A DNA stretch of 64,000 nt from Paraspadella gotoi (lineage: Eukaryota; Animalia; Chaetognatha). Made by a program: the position numbers and the translations under genes. The notes beneath the pieces are model-generated. The model saw only the letters and a list, made by a program, of their open reading frames with translations. It had not been told where the DNA came from and searched no databases. Every line of letters begins with the position of its first letter. Position 1 is the stretch's first letter. The DNA is taken from positions 4,571,885 to 4,635,884 of the forward strand of contig CM119267.1 of assembly GCA_051294375.1 (NCBI GenBank), written 5' to 3'. Positions 62,130-64,000 of the stretch are shown in pieces.

Positions 62130-63192
62130 GTGAGGGGGATGTTGATGAAGGGGGCGGTGGAGGTGAGTTCGAAGGGTGATGGAGATGTTGAGGGATGATA
62201 GGGAGCGGGAATATGATGATGATGATGATGATGATGATGTAGAAAAAGGCGGATATTCTAGCTTAAAAATATTCAGGACTTTTTTTTCCTAATCTATAAA
62301 GATAAAAAAAAAGGATTTTTTTGTGTTCTACAAAAATATGATTTCGTTGGAATATATTTTACAATTTGTAAGCTGAACACATACAGAAAAAAAAACAAAT
62401 ACGCATTTTGATATCCGGTGTGTGTAGAGATACAAAGCAAAGCATAATTTTTTTTCAAAAAAATATATTTTCATCCAAAAAGCTAACTAGAAAATGCCAT
62501 TCATCCTAGTTCGCGAAATTTCAGCCATGCGATTTATTTTTTAAATTCGATGTTATATCGACAAGAGATTTCAACTAGTTAGCAAATTATCCAATGCAGT
62601 ATTTGGAGAATAAAAAAAAAAATTGAGGTAATAACAGTAGCACGATTCCCGATCCTCATTTCTGACGGTATTTTTTTGTTGTTGTTGATGTTGTTTTGTT
62701 TTGTTTCGTTGAAATTTTCTGTGTGAAACAGTCACGAAATCGTGAGTCGGATGAGAGATGAATCCATTTTCGTGAATTCCCTTCCCCTCACCGACTCGGC
62801 AACTCTTCTCTTTATAAAATAAAAGGCAAGAGAAGACGGTCGCCCGAATCGGATCAGGGAAGAGACGTTTCCCCTTTTGACAAACATTCAGTATTATTTT
62901 AAAATTTGCTTTGCTTTTTTTTTTCACGATTAGTTTTGTTTGTTTAGTAACTAGTAAACGAAATATATATACGCGTATTAATGTACGAATACGAATCACT
63001 TTTTCGGTGTCTTTGAATCTAACAAAACGTAGTTTGAAAAAGAAAATCTCTACGGACAACTATTATTATGTTTTTAAATAATAGTTTCTCGGCCTTGACT
63101 AATATATTTTTGCGACGTTTAAACGGCCGAAGAAACCAAAAAAAAAAAAAAACTAAAAAAAAGTCGCTTGCTCATTTGTTTTTCCCCTCAGT

Positions 63193-63807
63193 TCAAGCGA
63201 CGACCACCGGCGCCAGAGGGGGATAACCGTATCCCATCCCGTAGGGGAACATCCCCGCGTAGTGATACTTGTAGTAAGGGAACCTGGCGATAGAAGCGAG
63301 CCTGGCCCTCTCGGCGGCGGCGAGAGCCTCAAGCCTGGCGGCTTCGTCGGCGCGGGCCCGGTCCTCGGCCAGCTTGAGGGCGAGGGCGGCGTCGGCGGCC
63401 CGGCGCTCCTCCTCGGCCCTCAGGGCGGCGAGGCGGGCTTCTTCGGCGGCGCGAGCCTCGGCGGCGGCCTTGGCTGCGGCGGCGGCGGCGGCGGCGGCCG
63501 CCTGTTGGGCTGCTCTCAGCTCCTCGGCCTTTCGGATGGCCTCCATCCTCTCTGCTCCGCTCTTGGCGAGCGCCGCGCCCGCGCCTCCTGCTCCGCCTTG
63601 TACGCCGCCTCGGCGTGGGCGCGCGCCGCCGCCACCGCCTTCTCGCGCATGATGCGGATCTCGTCCTCCTTTTTCAAAGCCTGATTAGTATGGGGGGATG
63701 GATAGGTGATCCTTATCTTTTTATAGAGTTCTTTTTGTTTTTCTTTCATAATTTCTTTTTTTTTTCAATTTCTTTTCTTTTTCTCTGTTTGTACAACTTT
63801 CTTTCTT

Positions 63808-63840
<33 letters not shown>

Positions 63841-64000
63841 ATCTCTCTCTTTATCTCTCTTTCTCTCTCTTTCTTTCTTTATTTTTATCTTTCATTTTTT
63901 TCTTTTTTTCTTTCTCTCTTTATTTCTTTATTTCTTTCCTATCTTTCTTCCCCCTCTCCTCTTCTCTCACCTCCAGCTTTGCCTTTCTGTCGGCCTCCGC
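63193..64000 (-). CDS. Nested antisense gene, 3' exons; Ala/Glu/Arg-rich helical protein with Tyr/Gly/Pro-rich tail
   Basis: Terminal exon 63680-63193 (acceptor ctaatcag; one frameshift near 63580; stop after PPLAPVVVA) and upstream exon 64000-63971 with gtgaga donor; very GC-rich coding-like sequence. Confidence 0.7.

Overview
Eukaryotic (invertebrate animal-like) draft-assembly window with N gaps and many microsatellites. It is almost entirely one + strand, multi-exon axonemal dynein heavy chain gene, best matching DNAH10 (inner-arm I1/f alpha). The gene starts at 3662 ([15 protein letters not shown]), runs through tail, linker, AAA1-AAA4, stalk and AAA5, and continues past the window end. 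The segment ~16.7-41.2 kb is scrambled by what look like long-read gap-filling artefacts: two direct duplications and a ~9.5 kb error-rich inverted copy of 7.9-16.6 kb. The introns hold a 7-gene tRNA cluster, single tRNA-Gly and tRNA-iMet genes, an intron-containing elongator tRNA-Met, a U2 snRNA, foldback elements and a nested antisense Ala-rich gene. Most notable: (1) two sequence-divergent, covarying type-P5 twister-ribozyme-like motifs whose P1 is reduced to a 6-nt palindrome, one inside a tRNA-derived SINE-like repeat; (2) about 10 symmetric phase-1 microexons inside the AAA5 domain; (3) a Penelope-type minimal hammerhead flanked by a 23-bp inverted repeat; (4) frequent AAG acceptors and weak donors. 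All calls are by eye and no searches were run. Most ORF-track entries are exon fragments or spurious.
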